The notes: generated by a model not told the origin, from the sequence alone. Positions 17,513 to 27,220 are shown, counted from the first letter of the stretch. The stretch is 57,680 nucleotides of DNA from an uncultured Akkermansia sp. (GCA_964655385.1 CAZZMY010000001.1:1-57680); one strand, 5' to 3'. Numbers and translations: made by a program.

Positions 17513-17815
17513 CTAAGCTTTCGAGGATTTTTTTTTCTCCTCCCCCCAGCCCATCCCTCGTCGGATCAGGCTTTGGGCGTTCATTTGGAGCGCTTCGTCA
17601 GGTCGACGCCATATTTCCTCCAGGATCTGGCAAAGCGCCTCGTCATTCCCCTTGGCATGGTCGATCGCCAATCGAAGAAATTCAGCACGGGTCCGGACCG
17701 GATACAGCCCGGGACAAGATACGGCCCTTTCCTCGAGCTTCTCCAAAAGCTCCTCTTTCCTTCGGGCATGCTCCGCATCTTTTTTTCTCACAGGCTGGAT
17801 TTGGGCAAAACCCAT
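17513..17815 (-). CDS. Hypothetical protein (~100 aa)
   Basis: Helical, charged ORF MGFAQIQPVRKK...; start moved to avoid overlap with the divergent gene at 17934. Confidence 0.5.
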   Translation of the reverse strand: MGFAQIQPVRKKDAEHARRKEELLEKLEERAVSCPGLYPVRTRAEFLRLAIDHAKGNDEALCQILEEIWRRPDEALQMNAQSLIRRGMGWGEEKKKSSKA

Positions 17816-17933
17816 CGTCCCTGTCGAGCTCCCAGCAAAAAAAGTTTCCCTTCCGTTTTCTATCCGTGATTCCATCGCAAGCTTTTTTCCCATGGTTGCC
17901 CGCCCCACCCCCATGCAGGCAAACTGAACTTGG

Positions 17934-18311
17934 ATGAACTTTTCCCGTAAATCAGCCTTGGCTGGCGTGGTCTTTGGCACCCTGACGGCCATCGGGCCAT
18001 GGTTTCAAGGCCTCCCTTTTTCCTCGGCAGCTCTTTTCTCGGCCGGCCTCTTTCTGACTTACGCCTCGATCGGAGTTTTGGTGGGTTTGTTGCCTGCAGG
18101 AAGAAACCGATTTCTAACCGGCGGCCTGGCGGGATTTCTCTACAGCCTTCCTGGTGCCATTTTCACCGCCGTACCCTATCCTTTGGCGGTCGAGGCACCG
18201 GCTTACTATCGTGAATTCGTGGGCGGCGGAATACGGGCCGTTCTTCTTACCCTGCTTTTTGGCACCCTCGCCGGATTGTGGGCCGGGTGGTTCCGCGCGC
18301 CCCGGTCATGA
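17934..18311 (+). CDS. Hypothetical 4-TM membrane protein
   Basis: Four hydrophobic segments; ATGA coupling to the next ORF. Confidence 0.7.
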   Translation: MNFSRKSALAGVVFGTLTAIGPWFQGLPFSSAALFSAGLFLTYASIGVLVGLLPAGRNRFLTGGLAGFLYSLPGAIFTAVPYPLAVEAPAYYREFVGGGIRAVLLTLLFGTLAGLWAGWFRAPRS

Positions 18312-18532
18312 GTTTTTTTCCGATTCTCACGCGGTTGAATGGACTCCTCTACCGCAGGGACCTCGCGCGCCTTAGTCCAAGGGACCGCACCCTTGCCCGT
18401 ACCTGGATGATCCAGTTCATGAAGGCCAATCATCCCGAATGGGACGCCAAAAAGATCGACCAAGAATACGAGCGTCTGCTGGATTGCCGACCCATGGCCA
18501 TCGATGAGTGGGAAAGGAGGATGCGCGGATGA
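18308..18532 (+). CDS. Small hypothetical protein
   Basis: 74-aa ORF with ATGA overlaps on both sides. Confidence 0.6.
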   Translation: MSFFPILTRLNGLLYRRDLARLSPRDRTLARTWMIQFMKANHPEWDAKKIDQEYERLLDCRPMAIDEWERRMRG

Positions 18533-19065
18533 GAAGAATTCTTTTCTGTCTGGCCCTTTCTTGGATCCTGGTTCCGTGCCGTGCGGAACCGCCACCTCAG
18601 CCAGTGGCTTTTCGAATTGGGCCGCTTCTCTTCGACCGACCGGAGGGATGGAACTGGGTCAAACCCGAAGGCTCGTTTCGTGTAGCTCAACTGGAAAAAT
18701 CCGGGCCCAACAAGACCCCACTGGTTATGGCCTTTTCCCGCTTTCCCGCAGGTACCGGCGGCACAGTGCAGGCCAATATTGACCGTTGGATCCGGCAATT
18801 TTCCCAAACCGCTTCGCCTGCCGACGTGCGGCCGGTCTCCTCAAAATCCTGTCCCATCACCTTGGTGAAAATCCGCGGATCCCTCAAAGGAGGACTTCCC
18901 GGGGGCTCGGAAAAAGAAATTCCCGACGCCCTCCTGTTGGGCGCCATTTTGGAGGCTGAAGGCGAAATGATCGTGGTGAAAACGGCCGGCCCGGCCGGCG
19001 CCCTTTCCGGGGAAGAAAAAGTCTTTTCGGAGATGATCTCGGCCGCGGGAGAGAAACGCCCCTAA
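18529..19065 (+). CDS. Exported hypothetical protein with a GG-x-x-x-ANIDRW-x-x-QF motif
   Basis: Signal peptide; PEGW...FRVAQ and GGTVQANIDRWIRQF, a motif I recall from uncharacterised periplasmic proteins of PVC bacteria. Confidence 0.75.
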   Translation: MRRILFCLALSWILVPCRAEPPPQPVAFRIGPLLFDRPEGWNWVKPEGSFRVAQLEKSGPNKTPLVMAFSRFPAGTGGTVQANIDRWIRQFSQTASPADVRPVSSKSCPITLVKIRGSLKGGLPGGSEKEIPDALLLGAILEAEGEMIVVKTAGPAGALSGEEKVFSEMISAAGEKRP

Positions 19066-19454
19066 TCGGGAAGGGTTTCCAGGGTCCCGTCCCCGGCGAG
19101 GTTCCACCGGCGGTAAAAGCAGCTTTTGGCTCCTGTATGGCAGGCGACACCCCCTGCGGGCAGACGAACGCGCAACAGCACACAGTCCTGGTCGCAATCC
19201 ACCCGGATCTCCTCCACCTCCAAAAAATTTCCCGAGGTCTCGCCCTTGACCCAAAGTTGGTTGCGGGAACGGCTGAAGAAAGTCGCCTTGCGGTTATTTC
19301 GGGTGGCTTCCAAGGCCTCCCGGTTCATATGGGCCACCATGAGGATTTCCCCTGTGGAACTTTCGACCGCAATGGCCGTAACCAGCCCTTGGGCATCAAA
19401 CTTGGGGGTGAACGGCTCTTGCCCGCCCTTGTTCGCGGCAGACTGACTCTTCAT
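19062..19454 (-). CDS. hisI: Phosphoribosyl-AMP cyclohydrolase
   Basis: FSRSRNQLWVKGETSG, DCDQD, ACHTGAKSCF. Confidence 0.96.
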   Translation of the reverse strand: MKSQSAANKGGQEPFTPKFDAQGLVTAIAVESSTGEILMVAHMNREALEATRNNRKATFFSRSRNQLWVKGETSGNFLEVEEIRVDCDQDCVLLRVRLPAGGVACHTGAKSCFYRRWNLAGDGTLETLPD

Positions 19455-19473
19455 CCGGGGGCTCCCCGGGGCC

Positions 19474-20532
19474 TTATTTTTTGGCAGGGGCCGGCGCCGG
19501 AGCGGGGGCCGACACCGGAGGAGTGGTGGCCGTGACCGGGGCAGGAGCCGGAGGAGCAGGCAAAAGAATCTTCACCGCAGCCTCCTTACGCAAATCCTCA
19601 AGCAGAAGACGAGTGGCTTCCCCCTGTTTCAACCGCTTGAGATGCGCCATGATCTCATTTTTCACCTCGTCCAGCTTAAGGTTCTTGGCCGCTTCCTTGG
19701 CCTTCACTTTCAGGAAATGAAACCCGAAGGGAGTTTCAAAAACCTTGCTGATTTTTCCAGGAGCCGTGCTGAACGCCACTTCCTCAAACTTCGGGGTCAT
19801 CTGACCCTTGCCAAAAGGTGGGAGTTCCCCCCCGCGAGCCTTGCTGCCGGGATCATCCGAAACTTCTTGGGCGACCTTCTCAAACGCCTCTCCTTTGTTC
19901 ACCCGGGCAAGAGCGGCCTCGGCGGCTTTTTGCTTCTGCGCCTTGGTGGCGGCATCCGCACCCTGATCCACCTTCACCAAAACATGCTGGGCCTGCACCG
20001 TCTCTCCCCGCTGCCAGAGCTTGGGGTTGTCGGCGTAGAATTTCTGCACATCCGCGTCGGAGGGGGCCTGCAGGGAGGGCTCCACCCGCACGCGCATCAG
20101 GTTGTCCACCTCGATCTTCTGCTGGATTTCGCTCAACATCGCTTCTTCGGTGGTCTTGGCCTTGGCCAGTTGCTCCGCGAACGCCTTGGCATCGGGGAAA
20201 TTCTTCTTCATCCGCTCGAGTTGCTCTTTGGCCAGGGTCACGGCGTTGGTCAGAGGGGATTTCCGCGCCTCAGCCAATGCGACCTGCCGATTGATCATCT
20301 GATTGAGAATGTTCAACTCCAGCGAACCCAGTTGGGCGGCGGGGACCTTGTCCCGGGAGAGATTAAAGTTGGTCAGGGCCCGGTTCACCTCGGCATCCAA
20401 TTGGCCACGGGTGATCTTGATCCCCTTGCCTTCCGCCACGACGAAACGCGGATCTTTGGGATCTTTGACCGCGCATCCGGCGATCAAAACGGCTGCCATG
20501 AGGGTTAAAACCAGCGAGAAATGTTTTTGCAT
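19474..20532 (-). CDS. Parvulin-type peptidyl-prolyl isomerase lipoprotein (PrsA/SurA-like)
   Basis: Lipobox LIAGC, SurA N-domain, AQHVLV, SDDPGSKARGGEL, ETPFGFH. Confidence 0.92.
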   Translation of the reverse strand: MQKHFSLVLTLMAAVLIAGCAVKDPKDPRFVVAEGKGIKITRGQLDAEVNRALTNFNLSRDKVPAAQLGSLELNILNQMINRQVALAEARKSPLTNAVTLAKEQLERMKKNFPDAKAFAEQLAKAKTTEEAMLSEIQQKIEVDNLMRVRVEPSLQAPSDADVQKFYADNPKLWQRGETVQAQHVLVKVDQGADAATKAQKQKAAEAALARVNKGEAFEKVAQEVSDDPGSKARGGELPPFGKGQMTPKFEEVAFSTAPGKISKVFETPFGFHFLKVKAKEAAKNLKLDEVKNEIMAHLKRLKQGEATRLLLEDLRKEAAVKILLPAPPAPAPVTATTPPVSAPAPAPAPAKK

Positions 20533-20632
20533 AGAACTGGTTAGGTAAGAGCAGAACGCCCGCCTTGGCAAGCCCCGGCAACGCCCATTCTTCCCCCTTG
20601 CCAGAGCCCCCGCGGGGGGGAATCGTCCCCTG

Positions 20633-20992
20633 ATGACCGCCGGCCCCCTTTTTTACGCTTGGATCGGCCTTCTGGCAGGCCTGGCCTCAGGCTGTTTTGG
20701 GATCGGAGGGGGTGCCTTGATCGTCCCGGCCCTCACCCTTTTTTGCGGGGTGCCTTACCACGTCGCGGTGGGCACTTCCCTGGCCTTAATCATTCCCATT
20801 ACTTTGGCGGGATCGGTCACCAGCTGGAAACTGAACACCATTGACTGGAAAATCGCCGCCGCCTGTGCCCTCACCGGCATGATCGGCGCCGTGGCTGGCT
20901 CCCTGCTGATTCAAAAGGTTCCCGAAATGTACGCCCGCAGGGCCTTCGCCGTTTTTCTGCTCTACGCGGCGTGGCGCCTATGGACCAAGTAA
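20633..20992 (+). CDS. TauE/SafE family membrane protein (half-size)
   Basis: GLASGCFGIGGGALIVP and AVGTSL motifs; 119 aa. Confidence 0.85.
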   Translation: MTAGPLFYAWIGLLAGLASGCFGIGGGALIVPALTLFCGVPYHVAVGTSLALIIPITLAGSVTSWKLNTIDWKIAAACALTGMIGAVAGSLLIQKVPEMYARRAFAVFLLYAAWRLWTK

Positions 20993-21042
20993 TCCCTTGG
21001 TTTCGCTTTGCCCAAACTGAAACTCCAATCATCTCCCCCCTC

Positions 21043-21071
21043 TTGCCCGGTGGGCGCAAAGCCGATAGGGT
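21043..21071 (+). promoter_or_regulatory. Putative promoter of tRNA-Gln
   Basis: TTGCCC, 17 nt, TAGGGT, 9 nt upstream of the tRNA 5' end. Confidence 0.5.
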
Positions 21072-21080
21072 TTGAGCGTT

Positions 21081-21156
21081 TGCCGCGTGGTGCAATTGGT
21101 AGCACACCACACTCTGGATGTGGGTGTTCTTGGTTCGAGTCCAAGCGCGGCAGCCA
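21081..21156 (+). tRNA. tRNA-Gln (anticodon CTG)
   Basis: Acceptor TGCCGCG/CGCGGCA, D-arm GTGC/GCAC, anticodon arm CCACA-CTCTGGA-TGTGG, T-arm CTTGG-TTCGAGT-CCAAG, encoded CCA. Confidence 0.97.
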
Positions 21157-21203
21157 AATTCCATCCTCATCATGAAAGTTCATCCAACCCCACGCTTGAA
21201 ACA

Positions 21204-21878
21204 ATGAACCCCGGCCGCCTGATTGTCGTGGGAACGCCCATTGGAAACCTCTCCGACATTTCGCCCCGCGCCTGCCAAGCTCTGGCCACAGCGGACCTCA
21301 TCGCGGCGGAGGACACCCGCCACACCGGTCTGCTTCTCCAACACCTCCAGCTAAAAAAGCCGCTCCTCAGCTACCAAAAATTCAATGAAGCCTCCCGCGA
21401 GTCGGAGATTCTTGACCGTTTGCGCCAAGGTCAGACCGTCGCCCTGGTGACGGATGGAGGCATGCCAGGCATTTCCGACCCCGGCGAACGCATCATTCGA
21501 GCCGTGCGGAGTCAGAATCTTGCCATAGAAGTTATCCCCGGTCCCTCAGCCGTCCTCCATGCCCTGGTGGCCAGTGGACTAGCCGCCATGCCCTTCTACT
21601 TTGGGGGATTTCTCCCTCCGAAGCCGGGCGCAAGGCAGAAAGAGCTGACCCGGGCCGCCGCCAGGGATCACACCTCGATTTATTTCGAATCTCCGCACCG
21701 GATCGGCCGGACCTTGCAGGAAATTCGCGAGATTTTTTCCCCGGAGTCACGCATTGCCTTGGCCCGTGAATTAACCAAAAAGTTCGAGGAGGTCTTTGTG
21801 GGCACCCCCGAGGAAGTGGCCGCCAAATTTGGGGAAAAGACGAAGGGCGAGATCACTCTGGTGATCTCGCCCTCCTAA
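21204..21878 (+). CDS. rsmI: 16S rRNA (cytidine1402-2'-O)-methyltransferase
   Basis: VGTPIGNLSDIS, AAEDTR, DGGMPGISDPG, FESPHR, ARELTKKFEE. Confidence 0.96.
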   Translation: MNPGRLIVVGTPIGNLSDISPRACQALATADLIAAEDTRHTGLLLQHLQLKKPLLSYQKFNEASRESEILDRLRQGQTVALVTDGGMPGISDPGERIIRAVRSQNLAIEVIPGPSAVLHALVASGLAAMPFYFGGFLPPKPGARQKELTRAAARDHTSIYFESPHRIGRTLQEIREIFSPESRIALARELTKKFEEVFVGTPEEVAAKFGEKTKGEITLVISPS

Positions 21879-21900
21879 AAACCCGCCCGGATGTTTGGCT

Positions 21901-22536
21901 TTAGGCGCCGCCGGATGTTCCCTTCACCTTCTTTTTGCTCTTACTGATGGAATCTCTCAAGGCGTCCGTGTCCTTGAGCATCTCCTGGGCTGCCGCCAAG
22001 GCCTTTTGCACCATGGGCTGCGAGGTCTTGATGGAGTCCGGACTGAAGGAGGAGGCATAGTACTTCTGCAAGTCCTGCAGCAGGGCTAATAAATCGTTTG
22101 CGTCTCCTCCCACTTCGCGCATCTGCTTGTCTAAGGTATCAAAATCCGCCTTGGCGGCGTCGATCTGGTCGTTGGTCATCTTCCGCATGTCCTTGTCGGT
22201 CATGCCCGAGACTTCCTTCGTCCAGGCGGCGATCCGCTGCCCCTGCAACTCCCGGACCCTCTCCGCACGATCCTTGATGTCTGAACGGATGCCGACCAGG
22301 TCATCCAAGTTCTCCTTAAACTTATCAAAGTTGTTGTTGGCATCGTTGTTGTCGGAAAGATCCCCGAGGTTGGTCATGATGTAGCTCAGCCTTTTCTGGG
22401 CCCGCCCCATGAGATCATCGAGTTTGTTCATGCTCGTCGCCTGATCGCCGGCGATGTTCAAAGAGTCCGAATTTTGAGCCCGACCCGACAGAGGCAGGGC
22501 CAGACATAGAGCCACAAGGGCAATTAGGTTCTTCAT
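21901..22536 (-). CDS. Exported all-helical protein, DUF2959-like
   Basis: Signal peptide; long amphipathic helices with a W-x-x-E...MR pattern reminiscent of DUF2959 (recall, not searched). Confidence 0.6.
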   Translation of the reverse strand: MKNLIALVALCLALPLSGRAQNSDSLNIAGDQATSMNKLDDLMGRAQKRLSYIMTNLGDLSDNNDANNNFDKFKENLDDLVGIRSDIKDRAERVRELQGQRIAAWTKEVSGMTDKDMRKMTNDQIDAAKADFDTLDKQMREVGGDANDLLALLQDLQKYYASSFSPDSIKTSQPMVQKALAAAQEMLKDTDALRDSISKSKKKVKGTSGGA

Positions 22537-22558
22537 GATTTGATCTTCCTTTCTTATT

Positions 22559-23215
22559 TTATTTGAGAAGGTCGTACACGCGTGCCAGAGGGGCTTTTTT
22601 CGACTCCGGGACTTCCGCGATGTTGTTCAGGATATCTTTGGCCGAGACCAGGGGTCGGTCATAATAGTTGGCGTTAGCCTCGTTGTTGATGTTCACATCA
22701 AATCCCCCAAAGTTAACTCCCAGCTTTGCCCCCTTGTTCCAGATGTAGACGTTGAAATCACGGGTTTTCATGGTGGCATCCACCGCCGCCCCACCCTTGG
22801 GACCCATGACGGCAGAGGCCGAGGAGCTTCCAAAGTGCTCTCCCGCCGCCCATTTGCTGACCGCACCATTGGTCATTAGGAGGATGACGATGTCATTATC
22901 CGTTCCTCCCACATCGATTCCCAGCGTTCCCCCGTCGGTGGTGATCGCCACCGGTCCACTCCAGCCCTTTTCGGTTTTGGACATCAGGATTCCATCCCCC
23001 CCCGATCCACCGATACCGATCGAGAATCCCGTGACATTGAGAATCACGATGCCTTTAGCCTCTTTGACCAAATCCATGTTGATGATGTCTTCCCGTTTCA
23101 TTCGTCCCAGAATTTCCGCACAGTCGGGAATCAATTTATCCAGCGATTCGGCCCGGAGACCGGTTCCAGGAAGCGCTAGGAGGGTGGCCAAAGCAACGCG
23201 AACAAGTGTTTTCAT
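22559..23215 (-). CDS. Lipid-binding SYLF (Ysc84) domain protein
   Basis: Signal peptide; AKGIVI, IGIGGSGGDG, WSGP, GIDVG, DIVILLMT, NANYY. Confidence 0.85.
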   Translation of the reverse strand: MKTLVRVALATLLALPGTGLRAESLDKLIPDCAEILGRMKREDIINMDLVKEAKGIVILNVTGFSIGIGGSGGDGILMSKTEKGWSGPVAITTDGGTLGIDVGGTDNDIVILLMTNGAVSKWAAGEHFGSSSASAVMGPKGGAAVDATMKTRDFNVYIWNKGAKLGVNFGGFDVNINNEANANYYDRPLVSAKDILNNIAEVPESKKAPLARVYDLLK

Positions 23216-23284
23216 GATAATCCTTTGGGTTGGGGTTGAAAATCTACACTAGCGTTTCCGCCCCCCCGCTTGCCAAGGAGCAAA

Positions 23285-24037
23285 TCAGTCGTCGGAGGAT
23301 TGACTGCCGCTGCGCATGAAGGTCGGGGCCAGTTGGGCCGTAAACTGCCTGAGCATCTCCACAGTGTGCGTTTCATTTTTCCCGTTAGGCACAAACCCCT
23401 CCGTGACAATCGACATGACAATGACGTAGGCCCACCGGTGATTGATGTTCTTGGTGATGCGATCAAAGCTGGTCAGGAAGACCCGATTCCAGTGGTAGGG
23501 AGTGGTCACCCCGTTTCCGACAAACCAGTAAAAGTAGTCGGCATAGAGTTTACGCCGGTCTCCGGGGCCAATTTCGACATCCCGGGTGAGGCTCAAGTCC
23601 ATCACCTTGAGATCTCGCCCGTCTGCCAAAGGAACCTCCTCCACCTTCCCTCCCCTCATGCTCCAGCCCTGCGCCGGCAGACATACCTCCGGCCGATGAA
23701 TCGATCTCTTTTCCCCCCCGCTTAAAACAATCGAGGCCATGATCCGATCTCCCGCAAGGTTGCCATACTCCCGGCGGACAATCTGGGTGTCCGAGGGCAG
23801 GGTCGCGATCTCCCCCGGAGTGGCGGGAATGATCTTTCCGGTAAAACCGGCGATGCTTTCCGGAAGGTCCATGATCACCCCGGCTTTGGGTGGCGTATTA
23901 GGCGTGGGTAATAACAGACAAAGTGCGGCGGTGGCTCCACCCAAGCCAAGCAACGTAATGATTCTTAGGACACTACCTCGCCGAGGGGATGAAATATCCT
24001 CCACTCCTGCCTTGGTTTCCTCGCCACCCAGGCTCAC
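23285..24037 (-). CDS. Exosortase-associated EpsI family protein
   Basis: One N-terminal TM segment; SGGEKRSIHRPEVCLPAQGW and YWFVG; GTGA overlap with the exosortase stop. Confidence 0.88.
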   Translation of the reverse strand: MSLGGEETKAGVEDISSPRRGSVLRIITLLGLGGATAALCLLLPTPNTPPKAGVIMDLPESIAGFTGKIIPATPGEIATLPSDTQIVRREYGNLAGDRIMASIVLSGGEKRSIHRPEVCLPAQGWSMRGGKVEEVPLADGRDLKVMDLSLTRDVEIGPGDRRKLYADYFYWFVGNGVTTPYHWNRVFLTSFDRITKNINHRWAYVIVMSIVTEGFVPNGKNETHTVEMLRQFTAQLAPTFMRSGSQSSDD

Positions 24038-25053
24038 GTGTTTTCCCCGGGAGCCGCATCGATGGGGGTGGTCCATCGGGCCCAAGTTTTCTTCCATCCT
24101 CCCTGCAGCAACCAGCTGATCACGGCCATTCCGCCCAACGCCACGATAAAAACAAAGAATCCGGCCGCCAAATGGTAGGTGGTCGGATTTTGCTCTGTCC
24201 CGATGGCGGTGGCGCTTCCCAAAATCATGGTGCCGAAGGTGAGCATCAGCATCCGGGCGAAATTTCCCGCGACCGCCAAAGCCGGAGACAACAGAAAAAG
24301 CACCCACTTCTGCCACGCTTTCTCCAGGGTCAGATGGGCATAAAGTGCACTGACCATCATCAGGGCAAAGAGGGAGCGTATCCCGCTGCACGGGTTGGCC
24401 ACATCCAAGGCAAACCGTTCTCCCTGCTTGAATCCCCCGACGTAATCCGGGGCAGAAACCAAGGCTGTCCCCACCCGTAGGGTGTCCACGCCCACAAGAT
24501 TGAGAAAACCCTGAGAAAGTTGGCACATCAGGCCCCGGAGCGGAAACGCCACGATGTTATCGAGGAAGTAGAAAGGATAGGCGAAAAGCAAAAAAGTGTA
24601 GGGGAAAAGGAGTTCCTTCATCATGGACCAACCAAGAAACCAAAGAAGAATTCCACCCACCATCAGTTGAAGAGAAAGGAAGCCCACGATGGTAATGTCG
24701 ATTTTGTATCCCACCCAAAAGAGGGCCAACGCCACCAAGACCACCAGTATCCCAGCCGCGCAGGGCCGGATCGGTACTTTTTGCAGATCTTTCCAGCGAT
24801 GAATGACCAGCCCCAGCGAAATCAATGGAACAATCATTCCATGATGCCAATCCGTGGTGGAGGGATCAGTCCAAAAGCGGTAAAGCATCTCCAGCACCGG
24901 CCGGGCCTTGCTCTCAAAGCCGAAATTGTAGGGAATCAAGCCGTACAGACCGATCAAAACCGCCAGCGCCGCCAATCCCTCCATCCACAATCCCCGCGAA
25001 AGCCACTGCGGATGGGTCTCGGTGACCGTTCCCTTTTCAGATTCTGAGGGCAT
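24034..25053 (-). CDS. Exosortase (EpsH family)
   Basis: Multi-TM protein with VANPCSGIRSL (catalytic Cys), GNFAR (Arg) and YH (His); HGMIVP near the N-terminus. Confidence 0.93.
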   Translation of the reverse strand: MPSESEKGTVTETHPQWLSRGLWMEGLAALAVLIGLYGLIPYNFGFESKARPVLEMLYRFWTDPSTTDWHHGMIVPLISLGLVIHRWKDLQKVPIRPCAAGILVVLVALALFWVGYKIDITIVGFLSLQLMVGGILLWFLGWSMMKELLFPYTFLLFAYPFYFLDNIVAFPLRGLMCQLSQGFLNLVGVDTLRVGTALVSAPDYVGGFKQGERFALDVANPCSGIRSLFALMMVSALYAHLTLEKAWQKWVLFLLSPALAVAGNFARMLMLTFGTMILGSATAIGTEQNPTTYHLAAGFFVFIVALGGMAVISWLLQGGWKKTWARWTTPIDAAPGENT

Positions 25054-25059
25054 GAAATG

Positions 25060-25088
25060 AATTTATGGCCGGGGAACGCCTACCGCAA
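25060..25088 (-). promoter_or_regulatory. Putative leaderless-type promoter of the exosortase gene
   Basis: Minus strand TTGCGG, 17 nt, TAAATT, 6 nt, ATG (25053). Confidence 0.55.
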
Positions 25089-25102
25089 TCACGGCCTGTG
25101 CC

Positions 25103-26194
25103 CTACTCCATCGCCCGGCAATAGATGTCCGCCGTCTCCTCCGCCATCTTTTCCCAGGAAAAGGTTTCCGCCCTGGCCATCCCCTTGATCCGCAATTCCT
25201 CCTGTCGCGATGCGCTGTCGAGGATCAGGCCAATTTTGGCCGCCATCTGCTCCTCCGAGGTGGGATCAAAATATTCCGCGGCATCCCCGCAAACCTCCGG
25301 CAAAGAGCCGGCATCCGAACAGACCACCGGACAACCGCTGGCCATCGCTTCCACAGGGGGTAGGCCAAATCCCTCATAGAGGGAGGGATAAACCAAAAGA
25401 GTCGCCTCTTGATAGGCCTGCTTCAATTGCTCGTCCGTATGAGGCCCGAGCCATTTCGCCCCGCCGCCAGCCTCCGCTTCGCGCAGCGCCCTCAAATCGG
25501 ACCCCGCCGACCAACCCGCCGGCCCAATCACGCGTAACCCCAGATCCGGAAAACGCACCTCCCTCAACCGTCGCCAGACCCGAATCAGTCGCTGCAGATT
25601 CTTTCGCGGGTGAATGGCGCTGACAAACAACAGGGAGGGAGCCCCTGCTTTTCTTTTTTTCCCGGGCCGGAACATTTTGCGGGCCGCCTCATGAGTCGTC
25701 TCCACCCGGTCGGCGGGAATCCCCCACCTTTCCATGATCTCATTGCGGCAAAATTCGGAGACGGTGATGACTTTGCGCGCCCTTTCCGCGGCTCTGCGGA
25801 CCAGCGTGCGGTAAAACCAGGCTTCCCCGGGTCGAAACCACTCGGGATGCACCTCGAAGGAAATATCATGCACGGTCAGCACATACGGCCTCTTCTCCCA
25901 TGGTCGCATCCAGTACACCCCGTGATAGAGATCCGCCTTCAACTCGCTGCATGCTTTCGGCAAATCGACCAAGTGCCTCCGGAAAAACCCGGCTTGACCA
26001 TTCTGTAGGGCCGCGCTCCGCCGCGGCCAATCAACCGGACCTTGTGCACTAAATATCGGACATATCTCCACCCCCCCGGGCTTGGCTTCGCCCCATCCCT
26101 CCAACAAGCCGGTCAGATAGGTCTCGTTGCCCGTCTTTCCGCGGCCGATGGCCGTGGCATCCAAAGCCACCCGGATTCTTTTCTCTCCGCTCAC
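25103..26194 (-). CDS. Glycosyltransferase family 4
   Basis: TVHDI, HPRKN, YPSLYEGFGLPPVEAMASG; start uncertain (26194 or 26215). Confidence 0.92.
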   Translation of the reverse strand: MSGEKRIRVALDATAIGRGKTGNETYLTGLLEGWGEAKPGGVEICPIFSAQGPVDWPRRSAALQNGQAGFFRRHLVDLPKACSELKADLYHGVYWMRPWEKRPYVLTVHDISFEVHPEWFRPGEAWFYRTLVRRAAERARKVITVSEFCRNEIMERWGIPADRVETTHEAARKMFRPGKKRKAGAPSLLFVSAIHPRKNLQRLIRVWRRLREVRFPDLGLRVIGPAGWSAGSDLRALREAEAGGGAKWLGPHTDEQLKQAYQEATLLVYPSLYEGFGLPPVEAMASGCPVVCSDAGSLPEVCGDAAEYFDPTSEEQMAAKIGLILDSASRQEELRIKGMARAETFSWEKMAEETADIYCRAME

Positions 26195-26299
26195 CTCCAC
26201 GAATCTGCCCCGCAAATCTCAATCCTCAATTCCCAATGCACTTCCTGTCCGGCTCAATCTTAAACTTCATCTTACGGCAAAATCCTTCATCATCATGCC

Positions 26300-27220
26300 G
26301 TGCCCGAGTCCGCCAAAATCGTTGCCCTCGTCGCCACCCGGTTTCGCTCTGATCTTCTTCTGCGCCTGCTCGAGTCCTTGCAGCGACAGGTTGTAAGCCC
26401 CTTCGCCGTGGTGGTCACCGATAACGGTCCTGACCCCGCCACCCTGGCTCTTGCCGGTAAGTCCTCCCTTCCGCTGGAGATTCTCTCCCCGAAAACGAAT
26501 CTGGGATTCGGCGGGGGACTGGCCTTGGCCGGGCAGAGGGCCTTGGAAAAGTTTCCCGACCTGACCCACCTCCTCGTGATGGATGATGATGCCATCCTTT
26601 CTCCCCACGATGTGGAAGCCATGCTTCGTTCCATGGAGAGCCATCAGGCCGGGACCGTCGCCCCCTTCCTGATCGACCTCTCGGGAAAATTACAGGATGT
26701 GCCGGAGCCTGTTCTTTGGTCCCTCGCCCGCGCGATTCGCCCTGCCGCCCATGATCTCGAAAAGGCCCGCGCGCTTGCCCCCTCCGGATATCCCATGGCT
26801 TGGTGTATCGGCCCATGCCTGCTGATCCGTAAAGATACCTGGCTTCGCGCCGGCCCGCCCCGATCCGATATGTTGGCCTATGGAGATGATGTGGAGTTTT
26901 CCCTTCGCCTCTCCGCTGTGGCTCCCGCCTGGGCCGAACCCTCCGTCACCGTAACCCATGCCCCTCCTCCTTCCACCTCCCGCTTCCCGCCTTCTACGGT
27001 TTCCGACCACTACCGCAAATTCGGAATTCTTCTGCAGAATCTCGCCTTCACCTGTGTCAGCACCCCCCGTCCCCGCCATTTGCCCCTTTATCTACCCGGC
27101 AACGCCCGGCGCTTCCTAAAAACCTTTGGGTTTTCGGCCAAGAACGTCTTCGAGATCGCCCGACGCTATTTTCTCGGCTTCCTTGGCTTCCCCGCCGGGC
27201 ATTCCGCTGGCTCATCTTAA
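26300..27220 (+). CDS. Glycosyltransferase family 2 (rhamnosyltransferase-like)
   Basis: VVVTDNG, NLGFGGG, MDDDA (DxD), YGDDVEFSLR. Confidence 0.88.
   Translation: MPESAKIVALVATRFRSDLLLRLLESLQRQVVSPFAVVVTDNGPDPATLALAGKSSLPLEILSPKTNLGFGGGLALAGQRALEKFPDLTHLLVMDDDAILSPHDVEAMLRSMESHQAGTVAPFLIDLSGKLQDVPEPVLWSLARAIRPAAHDLEKARALAPSGYPMAWCIGPCLLIRKDTWLRAGPPRSDMLAYGDDVEFSLRLSAVAPAWAEPSVTVTHAPPPSTSRFPPSTVSDHYRKFGILLQNLAFTCVSTPRPRHLPLYLPGNARRFLKTFGFSAKNVFEIARRYFLGFLGFPAGHSAGSS

Noticed and set aside
21081-21203. tRNA-Gln as an integration site
   Set aside because: No integrase, no duplicated tRNA 3' end seen, and the housekeeping gene rsmI follows directly.
24038-24526. N-terminal extension of EpsI to 413 aa as given by the ORF track
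   Set aside because: It overlaps the exosortase in another frame; the GTGA-coupled start at 24037 gives a normal EpsI.
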